Source: an uncultured delta proteobacterium
Lineage (GTDB): Bacteria; Myxococcota; UBA727; VGSZ01
Direction: 5' to 3'
Length of the DNA: 64,000 nucleotides
Assembly (NCBI GenBank): GCA_963775425.1
Contig: CAVZJB010000005.1
Location: 480,001 to 544,000 of the forward strand
Positions 9,416-18,156 of this stretch are shown piece after piece. The stretch's first letter is position 1, and each line of letters starts with the position of its first letter. Both the position numbers and the translations under genes were made by a program. Under the pieces are notes generated by a model. It did no database searches. It was not told the DNA's origin and was given only the letters and a program-made list of their open reading frames with translations.

Positions 9416-10015
9416 GCTGCGAACGCCCGCCGCGCCCCCCGGGGCCATCTGCTCGAGCTCAGGCGGGAGGACGACGGCGGCCCCGGCGACCTGGAGCCCT
9501 GGGAGGCCCTCGTCGTCGACGCGGTCGGCAACACCATCGACTTCTGGCGCTTCAAGCGGAACCACGGCCGCGTCTGGGCCGTGCTCTACCTGCGCGGGCG
9601 CGCCCTCTCGGCCGGCGAGATCCAGGCGGCCCTCGGCCTCAGCAAGGGCGCGGTCTCCATGGTCACGCGCGAGCTCGAGCAGTGGGGCGTCGTCCACCGC
9701 GCCCGCACCCCCGGCGACGCCACGTGGCGCTTCGTCGCCGAGACCGATCTCATGCGCATGATCCGCCGCGTCATCGAGGAGCGCGAGGCCGCGTTCGTCA
9801 CCGGCGTGCGACAGGACCTCGAAAACGCCGATCGCCTCGCGCGCGCGGCAGACGGCGTCCCGCCCGAGGTGCTCGCACGCGTGGCGCGCATGAAGACGCT
9901 GGCGGTCCTCGTCGACAAGGCGCTGCGCGCGTTCCTTCTCACGGCCCGGCTCGACGTCGGCGGCGCGTTGCACGTGCTGCAGGAGCCGTCTCGCGGTTCA
10001 ACCAGGAGGCGATAG
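9410..10015 (+). CDS. GbsR/MarR-like winged-helix transcriptional regulator
   Basis: FWRFKRNHGRVWAVLYL...LSAGEIQAALGLSKGAVSMVTRELEQWGVV; stop abuts the next ATG. Confidence 0.8.
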   Translation: MNAANARRAPRGHLLELRREDDGGPGDLEPWEALVVDAVGNTIDFWRFKRNHGRVWAVLYLRGRALSAGEIQAALGLSKGAVSMVTRELEQWGVVHRARTPGDATWRFVAETDLMRMIRRVIEEREAAFVTGVRQDLENADRLARAADGVPPEVLARVARMKTLAVLVDKALRAFLLTARLDVGGALHVLQEPSRGSTRRR

Positions 10016-11365
10016 ATGAAGTCGGTCATCACGTGCGACCTCGAAGGGCGCATCGAGACATACAACGACGACGCCGCGGCCATCTTCGGCTGGAGCCGCG
10101 ACGAGGTCGTCGGCAAGAAGCGGGTCTCCCTGTTTTCGCCCGGCGAGGTCGTGCTCGAGCACGTCCCCCGCTGGCTGAAGCTCGCCTCGGAGCGCGGCTC
10201 GTTCGAGACGGACACGGTGTTCGTCAAGAAGGACGGCTCGCCCTTTCCGGCGCACATCAAGATCTCGCCGACCCGGAAGGGCGAGCGGCAGATCGGCTTT
10301 TGCGGCGTCACCGAGCCGCTGCCGCAGGACGAGCTCGCGCGCGCGACGCCGAAGATCTCCACGGGCACACGCGTGTTTCGCTGGCTCGTCGTCACGCGCG
10401 CGCCGTTCCTCACCGCCACCGTGGTGCCGGTGCTGGCGGCGGCGGCGCTCGCGGCGCGCACCGTCGCCGTCGACGCGCGCTTCTGGCTCGCGTTCGCGCT
10501 CGCGCTCGTCGGCGCGTGTGCCCTGCACGTCGCCGCCAACACGTTCAACGACGTGTTCGACTGGCGAAGCGGCGCCGACCAGGACAACAACGACTACTTC
10601 CTGCCGTTCTCCGGCGGCAGCCGCGCCCTCGAGCTGCGCCTCATCACCGAGCGCGGGCTCGCGCGCCTCGCCTGGGCTGCGCTCGCCGTCGCCGCCGCGT
10701 GCGGCGCCGCGCTCATCGCGCTCGGCGCGGGACCGGCCATCCTCGTCTTCGGCGTCGCCGGCGCGTTCGCGGCGTACTTCTACACGGCGCCGCCGCTTCG
10801 CCTGGCGGCGCGGCGCGGCCTGGGAGAGCTGTTCGTCGGGCTGTGCTTCGGTCCCTTCATCACCGGCGGCGTCGTCGCCGCGCTCACCGGCGTCGTCGCC
10901 GCGGGTGCTTCGACGGCGGTTCCAGGCGCGACGCTCTCGGGCGCGTGGGCGCCGGACGCGCTCGCGCAGGTGCTGCACGGCCTCTGGCCCGCCCTCGCCG
11001 CCGGCGTGCCGCTCGGCCTGCTCACGTCGGCCATCCTGTGGATCAACGAGTTCCCCGACGCCGCCAGCGACGCGCGCGCGGGCAAGAACCACCTCGTCGT
11101 CACCCTCGGCAAACCCGTCGCGCGCGCCGGCTACATCGCCGTCGTTGCGTTCGCCTTCGCCGTCTTCGTCGTCCTCGGTGCGCGCGGCGTCGTCCCGTGG
11201 GCAGCCGCGCTCGCGCCGCTCGTGGCCCTGCCGCTCGCCGTACGCGCCGTGCGCGTGCTGTTCGCGCACCTTGACGACCGTGAGCTCATCGTGGCCAACA
11301 AGAGCACCATCCAGCTCCACGCGGTGGCGGGCCTGGCCTACGCGGTGGCCCTGGTGCTCGCGTGA
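10016..11365 (+). CDS. PAS domain fused to UbiA/MenA-type prenyltransferase
   Basis: N-terminal PAS (CDLEGRIETYN..A..IFGWSRDEVVGK...KKDGSPFP); MenA-like NTFNDVFD..SGAD, YTAPPLRL..RGLGE, NEFPD..SD..AGK..L; many TM helices. Confidence 0.85.
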   Translation: MKSVITCDLEGRIETYNDDAAAIFGWSRDEVVGKKRVSLFSPGEVVLEHVPRWLKLASERGSFETDTVFVKKDGSPFPAHIKISPTRKGERQIGFCGVTEPLPQDELARATPKISTGTRVFRWLVVTRAPFLTATVVPVLAAAALAARTVAVDARFWLAFALALVGACALHVAANTFNDVFDWRSGADQDNNDYFLPFSGGSRALELRLITERGLARLAWAALAVAAACGAALIALGAGPAILVFGVAGAFAAYFYTAPPLRLAARRGLGELFVGLCFGPFITGGVVAALTGVVAAGASTAVPGATLSGAWAPDALAQVLHGLWPALAAGVPLGLLTSAILWINEFPDAASDARAGKNHLVVTLGKPVARAGYIAVVAFAFAVFVVLGARGVVPWAAALAPLVALPLAVRAVRVLFAHLDDRELIVANKSTIQLHAVAGLAYAVALVLA

Positions 11366-12435
11366 GCGCCGCCGACCCCGCCTCCTCGCCGGGATCGCCC
11401 GCGCCGGCGAGCCCTCCGCACGCGGCGTGGGCCGACGCCGACGTGCTCGGCGCCGTCGAGCGCGAGCTGTGCACATGGGCGGGCCCCGACGACGAACCCG
11501 CGGGCCGCGGCGCTGCGGCGGCGGGGCCCGGCCCCGTCCCGGCCGGCCTCCGCGCGCCCGGGTTGTTGCACGACGCCGTCGCGCCGCTCCTCGCAGCGCC
11601 GGCCGCCAAGCGCGCGCGCCCGCGGCTCCTCGTGGCGTTCGCCTCGCTGGCGGGCGCGCCGCACGACCATCGGCTCGTGGACGCCGCGTGCGCCGTAGAG
11701 CTCATCCACAGCGCCAGCCTGCTTCACGACGACGTCATCGACGGCGCCGACGAGCGCCGCGGCGCCCCCGCCGCCAACGCACGCTTCGGCAACGCCGCCG
11801 CCGTGCTCGCGGGCGATCACGTGCTCGCGCGGGCGCTGCGGGCGCTGGCGTTCGACCCGCGGGCGATGTCCGCCGCCGTCGACGTCGTGCTGCGCATGTC
11901 GGCGGCCGCGGTGTGCGAGCAGGAGGTGCGCGGCAGGATCGTCGACGTGCGCCCGGCCGATCTCGAAGCGGTCGCGCGCGGAAAGACCGCGGGGATCTTC
12001 GGCCTCTGCGGCACGCTCGCCACGCTGCTCGCGGAGCCGTGGGCGGACCTGCGGCCGCAGGGGGCGGCCTCGGCGAGCCAGCGCGCAACGCCGCTCGCCG
12101 ACGCCGGCATCGCGCTCGGCCTCGCCTTCCAGGAGGCGGACGACATCGCCGACGTCGCCGGCGACATCCGCGAGCGCACACCCACGCTGCCGCTCGCGCG
12201 CACGGCCGTCGCGGACGCCGCGTTCGCCGCCGCGCTCGAGGAGGTCTGGGCCCGCGGGGCCTCGTCGCCGCCGCGCGACGACGAGGTCGAGGCGCTCGCT
12301 GCGCGTGTGCCGCGCGACCGCAGCGGTGTGCGTCGCCACCTCGAGGCTGCCCTGCGTGCGCTCTCGCCCTGGGCGGGCGCTGCCGCCCACGAGCAGATCG
12401 CGCGCTTCGCCGCCGCCTTGGCCGGCCCGCACTGA
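11362..12435 (+). CDS. Polyprenyl diphosphate synthase
   Basis: KRARP, ELIHSASLLHDDVID..DERRG, GD, KT, FQEADDIAD; GTGA overlap with the upstream gene. Confidence 0.85.
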   Translation: MSAADPASSPGSPAPASPPHAAWADADVLGAVERELCTWAGPDDEPAGRGAAAAGPGPVPAGLRAPGLLHDAVAPLLAAPAAKRARPRLLVAFASLAGAPHDHRLVDAACAVELIHSASLLHDDVIDGADERRGAPAANARFGNAAAVLAGDHVLARALRALAFDPRAMSAAVDVVLRMSAAAVCEQEVRGRIVDVRPADLEAVARGKTAGIFGLCGTLATLLAEPWADLRPQGAASASQRATPLADAGIALGLAFQEADDIADVAGDIRERTPTLPLARTAVADAAFAAALEEVWARGASSPPRDDEVEALAARVPRDRSGVRRHLEAALRALSPWAGAAAHEQIARFAAALAGPH

Positions 12436-12456
12436 GCCGCGGCGCCGACGCGCGCG

Positions 12457-12472
12457 TGGCACGATGGGTGCT
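12457..12472 (+). promoter_or_regulatory. Putative sigma54 (-24/-12) promoter
   Basis: TGGCACGATGGGTGCT has GG-N10-GC spacing and lies 25 bp upstream of ATG 12498. Confidence 0.65.
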
Positions 12473-12497
12473 TGCTCGGAGAGACACGAGGTCTCCC

Positions 12498-13601
12498 ATG
12501 CGAGCGTCGAAGAAGATCCGCTACGCCGTCGTCGGCGCGGGCAACATCGCCCAGGTCGCGGTGCTGCCTGCGTTCCGCCACGCGCACGAAAACAGCGAGC
12601 TCGCGGCGGTGGTGTCGTCGGACGCGCACAAGCGCGCGGCGCTCTCGAAGCGCTACGGCGTCGAGGGCTGCGGCTACGAGGACCTCGAGCGGATCATCCA
12701 GGACGCCGCCGTCGACGCCGCCTACCTCGCCGTGCCCAACACGCTGCATCGCGGCTACACCGAGCGCTGCGCGCGCGCCGGCGTGCACGTGCTCTGCGAA
12801 AAGCCGATGGCGATGTCGGCGGGCGACTGCGCGGCGATGATGGACGCCTGCGAGGCGGCGGGCGTGAAGCTCATGGTCGCGTATCGCTTGCACTTCGAGG
12901 AGGCGACGCTCACCGCCATCGAGGCGGTGCGCAACGGCGCCATCGGTGAGCCGCGTTACATCTCGTCGTCGTTTTCGCAGCAGGTGCGCGGCGGCGGCAT
13001 CCGCACCGCCGCGGACGTCGGCGGCGGCGCGCTCTACGACCTCGGCGTCTACCAGGTGAACGCCGCGCGCTGTCTGTTCGCGGCGGAGCCCGAGGAGGTG
13101 ATCGGCAGCCGCGTACGCGGGGCCGATGCGCGCTTTCAAGACGTCGACGAGATGGCCGTGGCCGTCCTGCGCTTCCCCGGGGACCGCATCGCGCAGCTCG
13201 TGTGCAGCCAGGGCGCCGCCGAGACCTCCGCGCTGCGCATCGTCGGCACCGCCGGCTCTCTCCGACTCGAGCCGGCGTTCGACTACAGCGTCGGCCTCAC
13301 GCTCTTCATGACGGCCGGCGGCAAGACGAGGAAGCGCACCTTCAAGAGGCGCGATCAGTTCGCGCCCGAGCTCGTGACGTTTTCGCGCTGCATCCTCGAG
13401 GACACGGAGCCGGAGCCGTCCGGCGAAGAGGGGCTCGCCGACGTCCGCGTGCTCGAGGCCGTCGTGCGCTCGTCGTCGACGGGCGAGAGCGTGGCGTTGC
13501 CGCCGTTTGCGCGCGCGCGCCGGCCGGGGCTCGCCCAGGAGATGCACATGCCCGCGGTGGACGCGCCCGAGCCGGTGAACGCCCCGAGCCCGTCCCGCTG
13601 A
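12498..13601 (+). CDS. Gfo/Idh/MocA family oxidoreductase (glucose-fructose oxidoreductase-like)
   Basis: C-terminal part of ORF 10518..13601: IRYAVVGAGNIA, HVLCEKPMA, AYRLHF, GGGALYDLGVY. Confidence 0.9.
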   Translation: MRASKKIRYAVVGAGNIAQVAVLPAFRHAHENSELAAVVSSDAHKRAALSKRYGVEGCGYEDLERIIQDAAVDAAYLAVPNTLHRGYTERCARAGVHVLCEKPMAMSAGDCAAMMDACEAAGVKLMVAYRLHFEEATLTAIEAVRNGAIGEPRYISSSFSQQVRGGGIRTAADVGGGALYDLGVYQVNAARCLFAAEPEEVIGSRVRGADARFQDVDEMAVAVLRFPGDRIAQLVCSQGAAETSALRIVGTAGSLRLEPAFDYSVGLTLFMTAGGKTRKRTFKRRDQFAPELVTFSRCILEDTEPEPSGEEGLADVRVLEAVVRSSSTGESVALPPFARARRPGLAQEMHMPAVDAPEPVNAPSPSR

Positions 13602-13664
13602 AGCGGCGCCGCACGGGCACCCACGCCTGTTTCGGGGAATCGCCGGCGCGCTCGCGAGCGCAGT

Positions 13665-13707
13665 ACGGAGGACGGAGGACGGAGGACGGAGGACGGAGAG
13701 GTCCTCC
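13665..13707. repeat. ACGGAGG heptamer tandem repeat (about 5 copies) followed by a complementary GTCCTCC
   Basis: Read directly from the sequence. Confidence 0.85.
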
Positions 13708-13977
13708 ACGATGCTCTGGTGCATGCTCTTCGCCCTCGCCGCGCAGCGAGGCCTCCCCGACGTCAACGAGACCGACACGGCGCCCGACGGCCGCGTCGTC
13801 CGGCTGGTGTTCTCGGCGAGCGCGGGCGTCCCCGTCGAGCGATTCCGCAAGCAATACGGCGAAGCGCTGGGCCTCGGTGACGAGGCGACCTCGTCGCGGA
13901 CGAGATCGCCACGTACGACGCCAACGGGCTCGTCGACAGCCGTCCCCCGCCGGAGCGGGGGACGCGCCCTCGGAGCG

Positions 13978-14706
13978 CTACTTCTTCTTGGCGCCGCCGC
14001 CGCCGGCCTTGGAGGCCTTCATCGGGTTCTTGGAGGCGACCTGCGACTCTTGCGTCATGCGGCGGCCCTTCTGGGCGCCGTGCTTCGACGGGTAGACCTC
14101 GACGATGCCGCCGTTGGCGCCGGGGACGGCGCCGCGCACGAAGATCAGGCCCTTCTCCTCGTCGAGCCGGACCACGCTGACGTTGAGCACGGAGACGCGC
14201 TCGTTGCCCATGCGGCCCGCCATGCGCTTGCCCTTGTGGACCTTGCCGGGGGTGGCGCGGCAGCCGATGGAGCCGCCGTGGCGGAAGTACTCGTGGGTGC
14301 CGTGGGTGGCGCGGAAGCCGGCCATGTTGTGGCGCTTGAGCACGCCCGCGGTGCCGCGGCCCTTGCTCACGCCGGCGACGTCGACGGACTTCACGTCCTT
14401 GAGGATGTCGAGGCCGAGCTTGTCGCCGGCGTTGAGGCCGGCGGCCTTGTCGTCGCGCAGCTCGCGCACGAAGCGCTGCGGCGGCACGTTGGCCTTCTTG
14501 AAGTGACCCTGCATGGCGGCCGGCGTGCGCTTCTCGCGCTTCTGATCGGTGCCGACCTGGACGGCGAGGTAGCCGTCGATCTCCGGGGTCTTCTTCTGGA
14601 CGACGACGTTGTCCTCGAGGAGGAGGACGGTGACCGGAACGCGCAGACCGTCATCCATGAACAGCTGCGTCATCCCGACTTTGCGGGTGAAAAGGCCGAG
14701 CGACAT
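13978..14706 (-). CDS. rplC: 50S ribosomal protein L3
   Basis: KVGMTQLF...PVTV, GYLAVQVG, VDVAGVSKGRG..GVLKRH, THGTHEYFRHGGSIG, KGKRMAGRMG, VRGAVPG. Confidence 0.95.
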   Translation of the reverse strand: MSLGLFTRKVGMTQLFMDDGLRVPVTVLLLEDNVVVQKKTPEIDGYLAVQVGTDQKREKRTPAAMQGHFKKANVPPQRFVRELRDDKAAGLNAGDKLGLDILKDVKSVDVAGVSKGRGTAGVLKRHNMAGFRATHGTHEYFRHGGSIGCRATPGKVHKGKRMAGRMGNERVSVLNVSVVRLDEEKGLIFVRGAVPGANGGIVEVYPSKHGAQKGRRMTQESQVASKNPMKASKAGGGGAKKK

Positions 14707-14762
14707 ACATTCTCCCGGGTCATGTGCCTGTGGCTAGAGGACCCGGCGCGGAACCTAGCCGA

Positions 14763-15467
14763 TCAGGACGCGGACGCAAGGAGCTTCCGGGCGCGCTTTT
14801 CGTCGAACTTCCGGTACTGCCCGGGGGACAGCGGGGCCTTCTCGGCGAGGACCCCCTGGATGAGGCTCCGGGCCTCGTCCTTCTTGCCCTCCTCGAGGAG
14901 GAGCTCGGCCAGGTCGAGGCGGGCCCGGGTGAAGCGCGGTTGCTCCTTCACCACCTCCCGCATGGCCTTCTCCGCGCGCTCGGTGCTGCCGCCGGCGAAG
15001 CCCGGGACCTTGGCGTCGATGAGGGCCAGCGACAGCCGGGCGTCGAAGCTCTTGGGGTTCGCCGCCAGCGCCTTTTGGAAGGCGGTCTTCACGTCGTCGA
15101 GGATGAACAGCGATTGGAGCACCCCGCGGGTCTGGCCCCACCGGCCGAGGGTGGCGCCCCGCCAGAACCAGCAGCGGGCACACCTGGGGTCCTTGGCGAC
15201 GGCGGCGTCGGCGGCGGCCTGGCCCTTCTTGTACAGGGCGAGCTTTTCGTCCTCGCCGGTTGTCACGTCGCCGATGCGCATCCAGGCCTCGGCCTCCCTG
15301 GCGAGGACCTCCGCCGGCTGGCCCGGCACCGCCTGGTACATCTTGAGCGCAGCCTCGTAGGTCGCGCGGTCGTTGCCGGCGTCGCGCAGCAGATGATCCG
15401 CGGCGCTGAGGTCGTCGGCGCAGGCGAGGACGAGGGCGATCTGGAGCCACGACATGGGTTTTGCCAT
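14763..15467 (-). CDS. Exported TPR protein
   Basis: Signal-like WLQIALVLAC; TPR helices (CWFWRGATLGRWG, FQKALAANP, PGFAGGS..RAE). Start is 15467 or 15455. Confidence 0.75.
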   Translation of the reverse strand: MAKPMSWLQIALVLACADDLSAADHLLRDAGNDRATYEAALKMYQAVPGQPAEVLAREAEAWMRIGDVTTGEDEKLALYKKGQAAADAAVAKDPRCARCWFWRGATLGRWGQTRGVLQSLFILDDVKTAFQKALAANPKSFDARLSLALIDAKVPGFAGGSTERAEKAMREVVKEQPRFTRARLDLAELLLEEGKKDEARSLIQGVLAEKAPLSPGQYRKFDEKRARKLLASAS

Positions 15468-15479
15468 GCTAGCGCAACC

Positions 15480-15941
15480 GTGATCGTCACGAACGCCGCG
15501 CACCTCCCGGTCGCCCTCGTCCTGTTCAGCGGGGACGTCACGCTCGACGACGTCGCCGCCATGGCCCGCTTCTACGACCGCGTCCACGCACGCGGCTCGC
15601 GCTTCGCCACCCTCGTCGACGCCCGCCGCGCCAGGGCGCCGTCGCCGGCCGTCCGGCGCGCGATGGCCGACGTCTCCAACAAGTTCGGCGAGCGCAGCCG
15701 GAAGAACCTGGTGACGGTCTCGGTGGTGCTCGACTCCAAGCTCCTCGTGGGGGCGCTCACCGCCGTGCGCTGGTTCCTCAAGGACCCGGTGGACATGCAC
15801 TACTTCGACAGCGCCGCCGGCGGCCTCGCCGCCATCGCGGAGGCCCTCGCCGGCGAGGAGCTCACCATGACGCCGGCGTCGAGGGCGCTCCTCGGAAACC
15901 TCGACGGCGCCGTCGACGTCTTGACCTTCGCCGAGCCCTGA
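15480..15941 (+). CDS. STAS/SEC14-like small protein
   Basis: C-terminal part of ORF 14724..15941: TLVDARRARAPSPAVRRAMA, VVLDSKLLVGALTAVRW. Confidence 0.6.
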   Translation: MIVTNAAHLPVALVLFSGDVTLDDVAAMARFYDRVHARGSRFATLVDARRARAPSPAVRRAMADVSNKFGERSRKNLVTVSVVLDSKLLVGALTAVRWFLKDPVDMHYFDSAAGGLAAIAEALAGEELTMTPASRALLGNLDGAVDVLTFAEP

Positions 15942-15953
15942 GCGGCGGTCGGC

Positions 15954-16886
15954 TCAGCGGCAGGCGTCCGGAGCGCCGCGCCGTCGCACGAGCTTTTTCG
16001 GGGCCGTCACGGCGTAGATGCGAACGATCTTGCCGGTCGCGTCGGTGTCGACCGAGATCATCATCAGCGGCGCGACGTGCGGGCGCGGCGCGTCCTGCTC
16101 GAGGGTGATCACGGCGGAGGCGGCGCCGTTCATGCGGCGCAGCTCCATCGCGCTCCGCCCGTACCGGGCGGTGAGGCGCGTGAGGTTCCGATAGACGAGC
16201 GCGACCTTCTCCCGCCCGTGGAGCACGACGCGGGCCGCGGCGTACACGCCGCCGCCGTCGCCGTGGGCCTCGACGTCGTCGGCGAGGAGCTCTTCGACGG
16301 CGCCCGCGTCGCCGCCGGCGAGGGCGAAGAAGAGCCTGGCCAGGGCCTGGTCGTTTCGCGCGGTCTTGAGCTCGAGCGGCTCGCGGGCGGCGTCGTAGCC
16401 CGCGAGGGCGCGGCGGGCGCGCGAGAGGTTCTGCTTCACGGCGTCGGTCGAGATGCCGAGGGCCCGCGCCGTCTCCTCGCCGGAGTAGTCGAAGACGTCG
16501 CGCAGGATGAGGACCGCGCGGCGCAGCGGGGTGAGCGCCTCGACGGCGATGAGGAACGCGAAGGTGGCGCTCTCGCGCAGCGAGTAGCGCTGCTCGGGGC
16601 CGGGCGCGGCGTCCGGCACGTCGAGCGCGTCGTCGTCGACGGGCGAGGGCAGCCACGGTCCCACGTACGCGCGGCGGCGCCGGCGGCGCAGCTTGTCGCG
16701 CGCGACGTTCATGGCCACCTTGACCAGCCACGGGCGCAGCGGGCGGTCGCCGCGCGGCGGGTGGGCGAGGGCGCGGGCGAAGGTCTCCTGCACGACGTCG
16801 TCGGCGTCGGCGGCGACGCCGGTCATGCGGTACGCGACCGCCCACAGGACGCGCTCGTGCGACGTGAGCGCGCTTGCCGTGCTCAC
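15954..16886 (-). CDS. ECF sigma factor, SigJ/ECF41 type with SnoaL-like C-terminal domain
   Basis: AYRMTG..ADADDVVQETF, YVGPWLPSP, LTPLRRAVLILRDVFDY, DGGG motif. Confidence 0.9.
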   Translation of the reverse strand: MSTASALTSHERVLWAVAYRMTGVAADADDVVQETFARALAHPPRGDRPLRPWLVKVAMNVARDKLRRRRRRAYVGPWLPSPVDDDALDVPDAAPGPEQRYSLRESATFAFLIAVEALTPLRRAVLILRDVFDYSGEETARALGISTDAVKQNLSRARRALAGYDAAREPLELKTARNDQALARLFFALAGGDAGAVEELLADDVEAHGDGGGVYAAARVVLHGREKVALVYRNLTRLTARYGRSAMELRRMNGAASAVITLEQDAPRPHVAPLMMISVDTDATGKIVRIYAVTAPKKLVRRRGAPDACR

Positions 16887-18064
16887 GCCGCGCTCCGGAC
16901 GGCTTGCGAGCACACGGCGTCGACGGCGCGGACGGCGGAGGCGGCGACGCCGTCGGCGAGCAGGGCGCCGCTGTCGACCCAGTCGCCGACGAGGAAGGTG
17001 GGCGCGCCCACGTGGCCGGCGACCTGCCCGGGAGCGCGGCCGCCGGCGGCGTGCGCGCGGGCGAGGTCCGACGCGACGACCATGCGCGACAGATAGCGCG
17101 CCTCGACGACGGCGTCGCGCCAACCGGGCTGCACGAGGTCCACGAGCGCCTCGAGGTCGGGGCGGGGCGCGTGGCCGTTGACCATGGCGTGGGCGATCAC
17201 GGGGCCGTCGACGACGCCGGCGCGCGTGTGGACGCTGAAGTACAGCGGGCGCTGCACGCCGAACGCGACCCGGCGCGCGGGGCAGGGGAGGCGCTCGAGG
17301 ACGAGGTCGAGGCAAGAGGCCGTCACCGGCGTCCCCGCCGGCAGCGCGGGGACGAGCGCGCGCGCGTCGTCGAGGGGGAGCGCGACGACGACGGCGTCCG
17401 CGTCGACGTCGCCGAGGGAGCGCACCTGCTGCGCGCGCGCCGGTCCCGCCAGCGCAGCCAGCGGGTCCACCAGCGACCGCCAGCCGCCGTCGACGTAGAG
17501 CACCCCGCGCGTGAGCGCGCGGCGGGTCTGCGCGAGGGCGAGCCGCGCGTCCTGGGCGGGGTCGCCCGCGTAGGTCGCCACGCGCGTGAGCATGGCCAGG
17601 AGGTCCCGGGCGGGGCCGGCGTCGACGTGCCGCGCGAGCCAGGCCCCCAGGGGCTCGCCGTCGTCGACGTCGAACGCGCCGACGGCGAGCCGCGCGAAGG
17701 CGAGGGCGAAGGCGCGCTTGTCGCTCGCGCGCAGCAGATCGCTGCCGACGAGGTCGGCCACGGTGGCCGGCAGGGGCCGCAGCGCGTGGTCGCCGTCGAC
17801 GTCGACGACGGCGAGGGCGCCCCGGGTGGGAGGCGAGAAGCCCGCGGGGCGAACGCCGAGCGAGCGGAGCGCGCGCGCGAGGGGCCCGCCGCGGTAGAGC
17901 GCGCGGGGCCCGAGGTTCACCGACACGCCGCCGAGCGTGGCGGAGCGCGCGCGTCCTCCAGGGCTCGCGGCCTTGTCGAAGCGAACGACCTCGACGCCGC
18001 GGCCGCGCAGGAGCGCGGCTGCGAGGAGACCTCCGAGACCGGAACCGATGACGGCCACACGCAC
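16883..18064 (-). CDS. FAD-dependent oxidoreductase (phytoene dehydrogenase/amine oxidase-like)
   Basis: AGGAGG then GTG 18064; VAVIGSGLGGL, GGRARS, NLGPRALY, GDWV...LAD; coupled to the ECF41 gene. Confidence 0.8.
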   Translation of the reverse strand: MRVAVIGSGLGGLLAAALLRGRGVEVVRFDKAASPGGRARSATLGGVSVNLGPRALYRGGPLARALRSLGVRPAGFSPPTRGALAVVDVDGDHALRPLPATVADLVGSDLLRASDKRAFALAFARLAVGAFDVDDGEPLGAWLARHVDAGPARDLLAMLTRVATYAGDPAQDARLALAQTRRALTRGVLYVDGGWRSLVDPLAALAGPARAQQVRSLGDVDADAVVVALPLDDARALVPALPAGTPVTASCLDLVLERLPCPARRVAFGVQRPLYFSVHTRAGVVDGPVIAHAMVNGHAPRPDLEALVDLVQPGWRDAVVEARYLSRMVVASDLARAHAAGGRAPGQVAGHVGAPTFLVGDWVDSGALLADGVAASAVRAVDAVCSQAVRSAA

Positions 18065-18156
18065 GACGCACCTCCTGGCGAGCGCCCCTGCGGCGCTCCA
18101 TGCATGTCGTGACCACGTCTTGGAGGCGCGAAAGGTGACAGCCCCGGCGGGGTCGC

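Noticed and set aside
10518-13601. 1027-aa ORF as a single fusion protein
   Set aside because: Only the last 367 aa are protein-like and have their own promoter and RBS; the rest overlaps two real genes out of frame.
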